Positions 1 to 12,450 of a stretch of DNA of 64,000 nt are shown piece after piece (the stretch's first letter is position 1; each line of letters starts with the position of its first letter). The notes beneath the pieces were generated by a model, which did no database searches, was not told where the DNA came from, and saw nothing but the letters and a program-made list of their open reading frames with translations. The stretch comes from Phoronis australis (taxonomy: Eukaryota; Animalia; Phoronida). The position numbers and the translations under genes are program-made. The DNA lies in the NCBI GenBank assembly GCA_002633005.1, contig NMRA01000583.1, positions 146,753-210,752 on the forward strand. Direction: 5' to 3'.

Positions 1-3
1 ATG

Positions 4-9
<6 letters not shown>

Positions 10-96
<87 letters not shown>
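10..96. repeat. (CA)n microsatellite
   Basis: About 43 CA units with one TA interruption, seen directly. Confidence 0.97.
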
Positions 97-97
<1 letters not shown>

Positions 98-579
98 GAG
101 AGAAGTAGACAAACTTTGTATCAAATGAGCATGACTTCCAAGGCGTATTAGGTCTAATGACGTAGCAAGGTCATAGACATTGTCCCCCGTTTTCTTTGGA
201 AACGCAACGCAGAGTTCCAGACGGACAGACCAGAGCACTTAAGATAGACGAACGACGTACCAGCACTTAACGCTATGTAAGACCTTATCGGCATGTTTGT
301 GCATTTTGCGAAATATCTAGAAAACTAAAGATTTTAACTCAGAAAAGTGCATAGTTTCTGAAAGTAGAAAATCTGTAGAATTTCATTTTTGACTTTTTTA
401 CCAATCTGTTATTAAATGGGTCACGCAATCCTGTCTGTTTGGTAAAAATTCGTTAAAATTAAAGGTACGTTCGTAGCAAAAGAACGGTATCAACAACAAG
501 ATCAATTTTTATGTGACGTAAATATTCAACGTCAGTTCTCATTTTTTTACCATTATTCTAGTGTCCTAAATAACCTTAA

Positions 580-1340
580 AGAGGCATGGAACGCGAAAGC
601 TCGTCAAAACTATCTTTTAAACAATTCCTGACAAACGTACCATTTCGCAACGCCTATTACAGTCATTCAATTTCGCTGCAGTAATTTTCTCGAAAAATCA
701 CAAAATTCACGGTTTTTGAAATACGCGAGAGAAAAACTCTGTAGTCACCACAGTTTCTAATCTTCCTAATTATGATAAATGCGCGGATGCGCTCACTGTC
801 ACTCGACAAACAGTTGACCGACAAGAAGGATATTAACCGCAGGAGGCACAGATCATCATGAGTGTGATTACACACTGAATCTGGAGTCGACACCACAGTA
901 TGACACAGGCCACTGAAGCAAGCTATTTTCCCAAAGAGAATCTCAAGAGAATTTTAGAATATAATTAAATAATTGGATACTTTTGTAACTATTGCTTAAC
1001 ATCCATTATTCTTAATCCGGAAGCTGCTTGAAGTGGCCATATTTTTTGCTTACATCGAATGTAAAAGATCACATTTTCCATATAGGGGAAATGTGCTACG
1101 TCTATGTCTTGCCATTCCCAATAAGGAGATGTGTTTTGTCTTGTGAAAGAAAAATCAACGAAATGACGAGCAGTTAACATATTTGAAACTAAAAGAAAGA
1201 CGCTTTGACATCAACAGAAATTCAAAGTCTTTACGAACAAATCGTAAAAAATACCCGGTGAACAAGTTGAATTCTATTTCAGTGGCAGAAAAACACTTTA
1301 AATTATGCAATTCAGTCTGTTTTTCGCATTCCAGGCCTCT
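580..1340 (+). mobile_element. Non-autonomous DNA transposon with TTAA TSD and AG...CT ends (Kolobok-like MITE)
   Basis: ttaa|agaggcatggaacgcgaaa ... tttcgcattccaggcctct|ttaa. The same family occurs reverse-complemented at 35846-36585 and 37429-38163. Confidence 0.75.
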
Positions 1341-1809
1341 TTAAAGTGCAACCACTACATGTACTTAAATGGATGTCTGCCGTTGTTTGCACTCTGAGCA
1401 TGCGCTCAACTAGCTTCTCAACCACGGAAGAGTTGAGTTTCTAATAAAGGACTGGACAGGTGTCAAAAAGAGCGGACTCAGACGTAATCTGAACGAATGT
1501 GGCACTTTGACAATATTAAAATGATACCAAACCCGGTTTTAGCCTACTAACAGATATTTAAAACGACTTTCCATTCAATTTTATGAAACAAAATTATGCT
1601 TTCTAACGCTCTACAACCCTCAGAAGTTTAGAGGAAAACTTGAAATCTCCTTTCGAAGTCTGCAAGCGTGACCTACGCTTTTAGTGAATTACATAGCAAC
1701 TGTGGGGAAGGAAAACCCACCAAGACCCATAACATCCAATCTGTGACATAAGGAGTAGGTGTTTTTCAGTTGATTCCAAATTTTATTTTTGTAGATTGTC
1801 TGTAATGAT

Positions 1810-2684
1810 TGTCAGACGATTGACTGTGGGTTTGTTTAAAAGGTAGCTATGCTTTGAGATTGTGCGTAGATGGAGAGTGAATAATCCAGTAATTAATTTA
1901 TTATATGATAACCCCTAATTAGACAAATGAAACCTATTGTTAATTAAGTAATCAACTACAAAGAGTAACTACGAAAGCACCCTCTTTAAAGATTACTTTA
2001 ATCAAACAACCAAAACAATCAAATGTCTTATCTCCTATCCAAGCTAGGACTCTCCACTTGTTGGATGTCTGCCCTGTTGGTGAATCTTCGAACTACACAC
2101 ACTGTATAGCGACAGTGTACTTGCTGGTCACCGCCTTTGGTGATTAAACATTTGCAGGCAATTTCTTCTACCCGCGACTCTTCTTGCTGGTCACAGTCTC
2201 TGGCTAGTATCTTACTACCCACAATGCAAGTGACAAGCTCTTAGTTAACTTCCTGTTCATTAACCCTTGCCCTTGCCAAGATCCTTTCTAGAATCTTCCA
2301 CGAGATGGCTCTGCTGTACAGTTTCCTCTGTACACTGTAGCAAGTCTTTATGCTTCAACTACTATAGCTCATCTAATTATCTTGTTGATTTCAGCCCATA
2401 ATATAACATTCTACTTATTTAGTGATTGGCTAATAAAAACCACATGATCATATCCACTCATATTATTGGCTGTTACAACTTGTTCTCAGAATATTCTAGA
2501 ATCTCTAGAGTACTTTGACCCCAGAACCAAAGTTGTAAACACCATCTAAAAATAGATTTAACGTTAAAATACATGTCAACAAGTCTGACCCAATGATTTA
2601 AAAGTGCATACAGTATGCACAAATTTTGGGCAACTTAAAATGGATCTATTCTTACTAATTACTTAATCAATATTTATTCTGACA
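1810..2684 (-). mobile_element. Solo LTR, copy A
   Basis: TGTCAGA...TCTGACA termini with 5-bp TSD ATGAT at 1805-1809 and 2685-2689. Near-identical reverse complement of 3227-4121. Strand inferred from TATA-like and AATAAA motifs. Confidence 0.85.
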
Positions 2685-3226
2685 ATGATGCATTATCAGG
2701 TGACAGAACGAAGGTTGTCTGAAATCATCAAAACAGGATTTAGTATCCTTTTATCAAATGCAGCCATGAAAATTGTTACTCGTATTTTAAGCTCTCATAA
2801 GTGTTACATTGCTCATGCATCAACTGACGTACACGGGTTTTGAACTATATTCGGGCACATTTTAATTTTCGACTGAAAATTTTCAAAACATTTGATAGCT
2901 GATAAAATGTTAGAAATTGACGAAACGTTTTTCAAAAAAGAGCAGACCCTGAAATGAGATTAATTTTGCGTCAGATTTTATCTCGCTCACTTTTATCCTG
3001 AAAATACAAAGCCGAGGCTACTCCAAAGAACGAGGCATATGGACCCCTTGTTAAGAAAGACGATTTTTTCATGATCAGTTCCCTACGAAAGTATACTCTT
3101 TATTGACAAAATTCGATGCAAAAGGTTGGCTTTTTAGATGAAATTTCAACCAAAAGTTTTCAATTTGGGAATTCGAAACTCTACTAAATTTCCACAAATC
3201 TCCATAAAAAATAATATTAATACAGC

Positions 3227-4121
3227 TGTCAGAATAAATATTGATTAAGTAATTAGTAAGAATAGATCCATTTTAAGTTGCCCAAAATTTGTGCTAATGC
3301 ACTTTTAAATCATGAGGTCAGACTTGTTGACATGTATTTCAACGTCAAAATCTTTTTTAGATGGTGTTTACAACTTTGGGTTCTGGGGTCAAAGTACTCT
3401 AGAGATTCTAGAATATTCTGAGAACAAATTGTAACAGCCAATAATACGAGTGGATATGATCATGTGGTTTTTATTAGCCAATCACTAAATAAGTAGAATG
3501 TTATATTATGGGCTGAAATCAACAAGACAATTAGATGAGCTATAGTAGTTGAATTATAAAGACTTGCTACAGTGTACAGAAGAAATTGTACGACAGAGCC
3601 ATCTCGTGGAAGATTCTAGAAAGGATCTTGGCAAGGGCAAGGGTTAACGATCAGGAAGTTAAGTTAGAGCTTGTCACTTGCATTGTGGTAGTAAGATACT
3701 ACTTGAAGTGTTGCGTCATCAGCCAGAGACTGTGACCAGCAAGAAGAGTCGCGGGTAGAAGAAATTGCCTGCAAGTGTTGCATCACCAGATACGGTGACT
3801 AGCAAATACACTGTCGCTATACAGTGTGTGTAGTTCGAAGATTCACCAAAAGGACAGACATCCAACAAGTGGAGAGTCCTAGCTTGGATAGCAGATAAGA
3901 CATTTGATCGTTTAGGTTGTTTGATTAAAGTAATCTTTAAAGAGGGCGCTAGCGTAGTTACTCTTTGTAGTTGATTACTTAATTAACAATACGTTTCATT
4001 TGTCTAATTAGGGGTTATCATGTAATAAATTAATTACTGGATTTGATTATTTACTCTCCATCTACGCACAATCTCAAAGCATAGCTACCTTTTAAACAAA
4101 CCCACAGTCAATCATCTGACA
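3227..4121 (+). mobile_element. Solo LTR, copy B
   Basis: TGTCAGA...TCTGACA termini with 5-bp TSD ACAGC at 3222-3226 and 4122-4126. TATAAA near 3555, AATAAA near 4024, and an extra ~20 bp near 3701-3720 relative to copy A. Confidence 0.85.
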
Positions 4122-7100
4122 ACAGCCGTATTTAAACATCCCATTAACTATTTTTGAAGTTGCACGTTCGACTCGGCAAAGTCGTCGATGCCTCCAAACA
4201 CAAAACGAACACTTACGCCCGAGGAGAACGCGGGGAAGAGTAAGTGAGCAGGTGAATCGCCGTTTGACGTTTTCTTCAAAATTAATCAAGTACAAAGCCA
4301 CATGTGAAACCGAACTAAAAATGCATATTTACTGTTACCTCTGGTTGCAAATTCCTTGAGGAATTCTACGCCCGTTATTCTTTTACGTGTAGATATGACA
4401 GCAAAACTGTTCCGCCTCTCAGTTTCAGATTGGTTACATAACCAGTCTCTTAACAACTCCTGATTGGATGGTTCCTTCCAACGTAGTTACACAGCCACTT
4501 TTACGTAATCCCCTGGAAAACTAAAATACAAAAAATTAAAAACACCTACTTTACTACGCAGAAATTGAAATAATGGCCCTAACTGGAATTTTCAATTCTC
4601 GGTGAGACTTCCTTTAAAATTCAGAAATTGCTCCATATACAAAACGTAACAACTTGAACTCATTACCCTTAAACCAAGAAATTGAGATGCAAACAAAATT
4701 AAAATTATAAAAATAAAACATCTTACAAAATATGCGCAACTGAGAACAGCAAAAAATGCCAGGAAACATAAAATCTCAGGAGCACGTGACCACGGAAATG
4801 ATGGCGTCATTTACTCGAAGGAAGAGAGCTGAAACAAATGACGACCTGAGAGATCTGTGACCAGTTGCATGATGCTTTCCCAAATGGGACTCAATAAAAT
4901 TACCTTAACCGTTTACGAATATGCGTTTTTGTTTATCCACAAATTTTATGCGTTTCCATCATTTCATCTGTATTACGAGCTTATTTTTCTACCTGGCCAA
5001 TGACATTGTTTAATAGTTTACCATTGAAACTGATTACGGTCTTATGTAAAAGATGTATTCGCGTGCTCCTAACTACGCTAATGTATAGCAGGAAGTAAAC
5101 AACAATGGAATTTCACTCATCTAAGCTAAGAGAAGTTCAATAGTATTCATTGGCAATTGTAAATAAGAAAACAAAAAACTAACGCTAACGACGTACCTTG
5201 AGGACTCGCATGTGCATAACCCGCAGCATGCAGTGTGAGATTCCACAACATAACGTTACGATACATACTGGACAACTGAAGTTGAGGATTTGCGGAGGAT
5301 CATTTTCGACACAAAACTCTTTCTTAAGAATATTTGGCAATTTTCAACCTACTTCATATTCACATCATCATTATACGTTGTGTTTCTAGCAAATTTGACC
5401 AAGTAATCACAGATAAGGACTTATCGTGCAAATTCCACTTTAATCCTTCATTGAACGAAAGGATCCCTCTTGATTTTCTATAATATTGAAAATTCAACTT
5501 TAACTTTACGTTCATTCTCAGTGAGTATCAAAGCCATAAATATACAACATAATTAAAATAAATGTGCATAAGAGAAGTCAGTGAGGGTTTAGGTCCACAG
5601 ATGCGATGACAATTAAAGAATATTGTTGTGTTTCAATTTGAGACTCTTTAGTACAACCGAACACAGTAGTCTGCAATAGTCAATTATCCACATTTCAATA
5701 GAATGCGCAGATATCTGTATTTGCTAGCGAAACATTACCCAACAATAAGCACTTGCATAATTGGTTCCGACGTCATAGCATTCGGGGATCACGTGCTCCT
5801 GGATGGTCACGTGTTGGTCACGTGTTCTTAATATGGTTGCTTTTTTGCTGTCAAATGATTCGGTTGTGGCATTGGTACGCAATAGTTCTGGTGTCTCAGG
5901 CATGGGTGTATGGGTGTGTTTTAATCTGATACGACGTAAAATTTCGGTTTTTGATAGTTTTTTTTCCGCACAGTGAATTCTTACACGGAAAATGTGGTCC
6001 ATGGGGTTGACATTGGCAGCGCCCTTGCAGCCACATGAAGGGGCTGTGAAAGAACTAACTGCGCGCTGGAGGCCTCAGAAAGGCCAAGGGGGCGTGGCAA
6101 AGGAAACTGGAACGGTGAGGTGGCACTATGCAGTTAGACTGCAGTCACGATCAATTTGCACTCCCTATATAATATTTCTTGGGGTGACTTCCAAAATTCG
6201 TTCCCATCGAGCAGTTTTCCCAAAATTCAGTAAAATTGATAATATCCCTCTAAAGCGACGAAAAATCCAAATTTCATCACAAACACAGCTTTTGTTATAA
6301 TCATTGAAACAGATCTCAACTTTTGCAGGTCATGCTCTCAGTGAATAATGAAACTTTTTGCCAAGCCATAAATGACCGTCCATCTCAGTTAGGAAAGGAC
6401 GGAGAGCAATTTTGTAAAGATACATGTAAGTGACCAACTTTGTGGACGGACGCGGTTTTATGAAATAACATACATCAAGGATTTAACAAATTCATTCCAA
6501 CTGGACTGTTTTATAGTTAACTTTTTTCTTTCACACTATATTATAATTTTTGCTTCATTGTGAAGTGATAGAAAATTTCCAAATATGCGTGTTTAATTTT
6601 TAGTCAGTTATGCAAAGTAGTCATTAAAATAACGAAATAATTCTTAACAGCACATAAAGAATAAGTTAACGCTTCTTTTATCTTGGTCAACAAGTGTGCT
6701 AATATCAAACAAATCGGTGATTTTCTATATTTAGCCGTCTTTCTAGTGTTTACATGGAATAACTCTTTCTTCTAGGCCCCGATAAAATATAAACTTAATA
6801 CCAATTATTGCTGACACAAAAGTGGCCAATGGACACGATAGTTTTGAAAACGAAACCGAAACAAGCTGCGACAGTAATTTGGTTTTACGTTCACGACACC
6901 TGACAGGAGTCTGTATAAACGTGCGCAGACATATCAAGGATACACATTTCGTCGTGGAAGAAATTGCAGTAATTAAGGTTTTTATGGTAAGTTGACTTAA
7001 TTAGAATATCATGTAAGAATTGCTGGAAAACACGCCCCAGATTTTGACGGAGTCGATTATAAAAATGTTTGCACTATTGTCATACGGCCATTTTTTCAAC

Positions 7101-7256
7101 TGAACTTGAATGGCCAGTGACATGTAAAGAACCGCACTGTTGACACTTGAAACTGTTCATAAAACTCTTATAAGCTATATTAAATTCTGAACCTCACTTA
7201 GTAATTTTAATTACAAAATGTCTACGCACAGCAACAACACTGAACGAGACTGAGCA

Positions 7257-7335
7257 ATGGCGCTGACTTTGACGATGAAAGTGCTCATGATTGTCATGCT
7301 GGCTGGGCCATCGTGTGAAGCTTTAAGCCAGTCAG
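7257..7335 (+). CDS. Exon 1 of CUB-like type I membrane protein (signal peptide)
   Basis: MALTLTMKVLMIVMLAGPSCEALSQS, hydrophobic signal peptide. Phase-1 donor CAG|GTAAGC. TATA-like sequence near 7168-7182. Confidence 0.75.
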
Positions 7336-7764
7336 GTAAGCGTATTTATTTCCAAAAATATAACGTTTTTCTAAACCAACAAATACCACCAGATTGAGAA
7401 AATAGACGATTATTGAAAAAACGTGGACTCCTGGGTAAAGGTGGGTGCGAAGAGGCGGTCGGTGTAGTCAGCCGGTCAAAATCAACAGTTTTAGGTTTTA
7501 ATTTTATGGCGCAGTCATGTTAAAAGCCACTCGAATCACTTATAGTCACCTCTTGAAATTTATAGGGTTGCCAAGCTTAAATGTGCACCATTGCCATGGT
7601 AACGAGGTATTTTGCCAATCATAATTCAACAATATCACTTTTGAGACCAACGTGTTGTTAGGTAACTCCTCTCAGAGTGCTCGCCAGATCAGGGTTTAAC
7701 CCCCAAAAAGGATAAGTTACGGCTGTCGCACGAATGCGGAAAACTTGTGCCACTTCTTGCCTAA

Positions 7765-8016
7765 ACAAAATAGGATATTAAAATTGTCTTACTGTAGTGC
7801 ACAAAATAGGATATTAAAATTGTCTTACTGTAGTGCACAAAATAGGATATTAAAATTGTCTTACTGTAGTGCACAAAATAGGATATTAAAATTGTCTTAC
7901 TGTAGTGCACAAAATAGGATATTAAAACTGTCTTACTGTAGTGCACAAAATAGGATATTAAAATTGTCTTACTGTAGTGCACAAAATAGGATATTAAAAT
8001 TGTCTTAATGTAGTGC
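7765..8016. repeat. 36-bp minisatellite, 7 copies
   Basis: Unit ACAAAATAGGATATTAAAATTGTCTTACTGTAGTGC in head-to-tail copies with only two single-base variants and no spacers. Confidence 0.97.
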
Positions 8017-9526
8017 CCCTGGGCTGGTATCACATATCTGTTTGTTTGATTTATTTGAGAATCATTACGGTACGGCTGTACATAACCGCAAAACCGGTTA
8101 ATGTGATTCGTACCTCAGAAAGTGCAAGTGACTAGCTGCTGCATGCGTTCTTCATTCACCTGCACGCACAAATGTTTTAAACATTACATCGGCATTATTT
8201 TTTCAAAAGAAAACGAAATAGGTTGATTTTTGTCGCTCTCAAGAATGCCTTATCTTTCGTACCGGAAGCGCGATTCATATTAGCGCTGTACTTGTTAGCA
8301 TGCCAGCTTGCTGTATGAAGACTAGCGTCAAAATACAGCAACTAAAAAATTTTTTTGAGAGCTCACTTCACTTAGACCTCAAAGCCTCACACCACCAGGG
8401 TAGTTCTGCTTGTCACTTAATCATGCAAATTCTGTAAGTCAAAGCGATATCCTTTTTGCCCGTTACAACCGTTACATCTATTTTCATAAACTACACAGTC
8501 TCATCCCGGATGAATTTGTTACGACGCGGACATCTCAACCAGTCCGAAAGTAGAGAGATGGAGAACTTGTTACGAACAGGACTGATTATTTGTTCAAACT
8601 AAATGACATTATTAACAACTCAGATTTTAAAAATGAACATGATCCCTCTTAGCTGAACGCGAGCAACGGCTTCAGAACTGTTTATAACTCGCGGGACGTG
8701 GGGTACTGACGTGATCTCAACCCAGTGGTTCCCAACCTACACCGTCCAACCCTTTCACTAACTCGCGCCTGATTATTTTTAATGTCTTACGTTGTTCTGG
8801 GACTTTTCATTAATAGAAAGAACATTATAAAACTTTCCGGAATGTACCCAATCATCCTACAACCATATAATAAGCTCTAGAATGTTCCACACTATGGTTC
8901 TATATCACTCACATATACTGGCAAGTACTAAAATGTTCTCAATTCTAAAGAAACCACATAATCACTAGACTGCCGTCGTATAAATGACACCGAAACATGT
9001 CAAGTTTTAAAACCGTTGTTGTTTTCTTGAATTTAAAATGTACCAAGTTAAAACTACTCTCCACAGTTGCAGATTTGGGTGTAATAGCAACAATCATCCG
9101 ATTTTTGAAACAATAGTGCTAGCTATTACCTTTCCACTTCATTAGCTCAGATCTACATCAATACAAAGAGCGTGCTGAATAGGCAACATAAAAGTTGTCT
9201 TGGGCTATGGGAATCTGAGTGGTAAACAGTACTGTAAGCCAGAACTTCTCCACATGTACGGAGCTAAAACCATTGTCAACCTACCGTTTGTGTCATAAGT
9301 ACGAAAATATACAGAACTCTAAGATCCTTTAAGACGATTGTCAATGTCGAACAAAAAGATCAAGCAAGCACCCCTGTTGGTGGTACTCGACCGTATTACA
9401 TGACATATAGCGTGTTAAACAGGGAATTAGGAAACTATTATATTGCGATGTTGTTGTCTAAACTGTAATGATTGAGGGAGGACGGATATTGAGCCTCACG
9501 AGAAGTTCCAAACCATCTAATTGCAG

Positions 9527-9653
9527 CAAGTTACTACACGTCTGGATCAGACTGCGTTAAAAGCGAGACTAACGGACGCCAGTACTATGAACTGACACCA
9601 TCCATAGATGTCGCGGTAGTCAATGGTAGATATCTCTCATCGACTCCGAGCAA
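9527..9653 (+). CDS. Exon 2 of CUB-like membrane protein
   Basis: ctaattgcag| ... |gtaagt, phase 1 to 2. ASYYTSGSDCVKSETNGRQYYELTPSIDVAVVNGRYLSSTPS, open in frame. Confidence 0.7.
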
Positions 9654-10747
9654 GTAAGTTATTAGAAACCTCAAATAACTGATTAGTTTTACGGTTGAAA
9701 ATGATCAACTGAAAACTATTACTTCACCTAAAACAATACTACTTTGATAATACCTTCATGAATACAGGAGGAAAGATGATGTACATTGTCTGAGAATACA
9801 TTTTGGTTTCATGCTTTGCAGGGAAATGAATGTGAGAAATCTTTCCTGAATACTAATTGGTGCATGGATTTTTTTGATACTCTATTCATTCACAACATTT
9901 CCTTGAACTATAAAGGCAGCATCACTGAAATACGTACATGTGCAGATAAGGTTGCCTCTACAGCAAATTTTCACGCGACGACTGATAGCACTATTTCCAC
10001 GCACGGAATAAATGTTCTGGTAAGCCAACACAAGATTTCGCTCCCATAAGAATCATCTTGCCCGTCCAATCAAGATGCTATTACAGCTGGTTTCTATTAA
10101 TAGAACGTACTATTCTGTTCTAATCAACTAAAATTTATTTTTTACTCAACTCTTTATTTTTGGTCGATTCAAAAACAAAAGAATTCCAATTTCACAAAGA
10201 AATATGGTTGCGCGTTGTAATTGAGGTGATTTGCACCACCATTAGTGAGGGACTAATTGACTATAAAGATTAGAATGAGGTAACTTTCAAGGACTATAAA
10301 TCACTATGTAGCCTGTGGCCTGCCAAACAGGAGGCAAAATGGTAAGTGAATATAAGACGAAAATGAATTGCAATTTGAATTGAAAAGCTAACTTCTTATA
10401 CTAGCACCGTCTATACTTGTAGTACCTGACCCATGTCTCGTAACCGACGAAGAAAATTACCCAGTAATTTAGCATAGGGCCTTATATTGTAGTATGGCCT
10501 CATGGTTGAAATTAAGGTCAGAATATTGTAATTGTACTCGTTTTATTTTTAAATCCTCCACGGTCATCCTACATGCCCACTTAAGGACAGCGTGCTCGCA
10601 AATTTGAAGTTAAGTACGTGATTTCACTGTCAGTAATAACTAATGCAATATTTTGATGGAACACAAAATCAATATAATTGTAGATGATTATAGATGATGG
10701 GTAGAAAAGAAATGAAATGACCTTAGATTTAGCCATAATAAGACCAG

Positions 10748-11148
10748 GGCCTGGTCTCTAATCTTTGTACTCGAAACGAACTCGAAACTATTTTTGGCAA
10801 TTTCTCTGCTCCTTTTGTGCGAACTTAAGATAATTGGTTATCAGACTGTGCTCGAATACATTATAGTTTATGCATAGGAGTTTCTAGTTCAAGTTTGCCC
10901 TTGAGGACACTGATATTCGTGTTACAAACTCGAGTAAAAACTTGAAATTTCGAGTTCAAACTCGAACTTATTGCTTTAATATTGGGTTTACAAACTGTGA
11001 ACTAAGGGCAATAAATTATCTACGTAAGTTATTGTGTACTCGAGCATAGAATATTAGACACTTATCCTGAGTTCGCCCAAAAGTACAGTAGAAAATGCCA
11101 AACCTAATTTCGAGTTCCATTTCGAGTAAAGAGATTGGAGACCGGGCC
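10748..11148. mobile_element. PIF/Harbinger-like MITE
   Basis: TIRs ggcctggtctctaatctt / gagattggagaccgggcc, with 3-bp CAG on both flanks and internal CTCGAA/TTCGAG subrepeats. Confidence 0.7.
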
Positions 11149-11293
11149 CAGTATACATGTGGAGATATGCAAATTTGTAGTGGCATGAACAGTAAAACTA
11201 GTACTTTAAAGTTGAGTGCACGAGGCAAACTGACTGAGTAGTCGAAAGACGCACCTTGATATCAACAGAGATTCTCAATTCATTTTGCTTTAG

Positions 11294-11411
11294 GTGCTAC
11301 ATGGCTTTCAAGTCCGACCGAGATATGGTGGCAGATTTCTTGCTCCTCAACATTACTAACGCGGGAGTGACGTTGTACGTGTACAGCTCAACAAACGACG
11401 CACCTTATTGG
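11294..11411 (+). CDS. Exon 3 of CUB-like membrane protein
   Basis: ttttgctttag| ... |gtaatg, phase 2 to 0. KCYMAFKSDRDMVADFLLLNITNAGVTLYVYSSTNDAPYW has a CUB-like beta-strand pattern. Confidence 0.72.
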
Positions 11412-12323
11412 GTAATGTCATAGATTTTGGAAACAATGTGACACGGTTGTATGCGCCTACCCCACGTTTCAGTCCCTTATATGGTCGCCATGTAGACATG
11501 CGGATTGGTGTGTTGTGACCGCGGCCACACGGACCCGTTTATTTGTCAACATTTATAACTATTTATTCTGGAAGTCCTTCTTAATGAATTAACAGTGGTT
11601 TCCAGGAGGGCTCTACCAATGAGAATATGGTATATGTACGCAGTATTGAACAGAAGGCCAGAGATAAGAACATTGTCAGACACTTTTTCATACTGATAGA
11701 AATCAAGTGGCGACTTTCTATTTCTGAAAGAAAAAGGCGCCTGTCCTTTCAATACCGTGGTATACATGGCAACATCAACTAAAACTTAATAAGTTTAAAA
11801 AGAATCTATAATTTTTAATAAAGTGTGCAAAATTAAATCGTGAACAAATAAGATAAACATACGTAACAGTGAGTACACAAGTAAAGCAATACAATGCATG
11901 AAACAGTAAATTAAGATATCAATAGAAACAAGAGTAAAACTGAGACATATACTGAGATTCGAAGCACTTTAAATGGCAGCAATATTTGACTTTGAACTCG
12001 GCTATTGCTGTTGACTTTCGCAAAAGATCGCCTTCCATTGATTGCTGACACATTATGACAAACGAAATGAAAACGGTAGCCTGGCATTACCTCAGCCGAG
12101 GACTCATCCACTGCGGTTCGCAGTTCACCGACCGTCAGTTTGAATAGGGCAGTCCGGATTACACGGCGACACTCAAACCTCGCTGTAATTACCCACAATG
12201 CCGTAAACATGCGTCGGGCCCATTTGCTACCTCTTTTTCGTGCCATTGGAGATGGCACATTATTTGCTATTGTCTGATTCTTTTCAAGTTATTCTCAGAT
12301 CCATTTCTCTATTCGTCCTTCCA

Positions 12324-12450
12324 ATGCCAACGAAGTATAATTACTGCTTTGCTGTGGGCTGCAACTCCGACGTAAGAACGTTTGACGCGGGATGTGAAAT
12401 TCTTCGCCTTTCCGACATCAACGAGAGACACCAAAATGTGCCTGATTTAC
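12324..12450 (+). pseudogene. Degenerate THAP zinc-finger fragment (probable transposon relic in an intron)
   Basis: MPTKYNYCFAVGCNSD, then a frameshift to DVKFFAFP. Resembles the THAP N-terminus C-x4-C...F-x-FP. Confidence 0.45.

Noticed and set aside
7745-8033. 36-bp repeats as a CRISPR array or repeat protein
   Set aside because: Contiguous units with no spacers, no cas genes, and a eukaryotic intron context. The ORFs arise only because the unit length is a multiple of 3.
8517-9092. Possible further solo LTR starting TGTTACG
   Set aside because: No matching 3' terminus with a TSD could be found.
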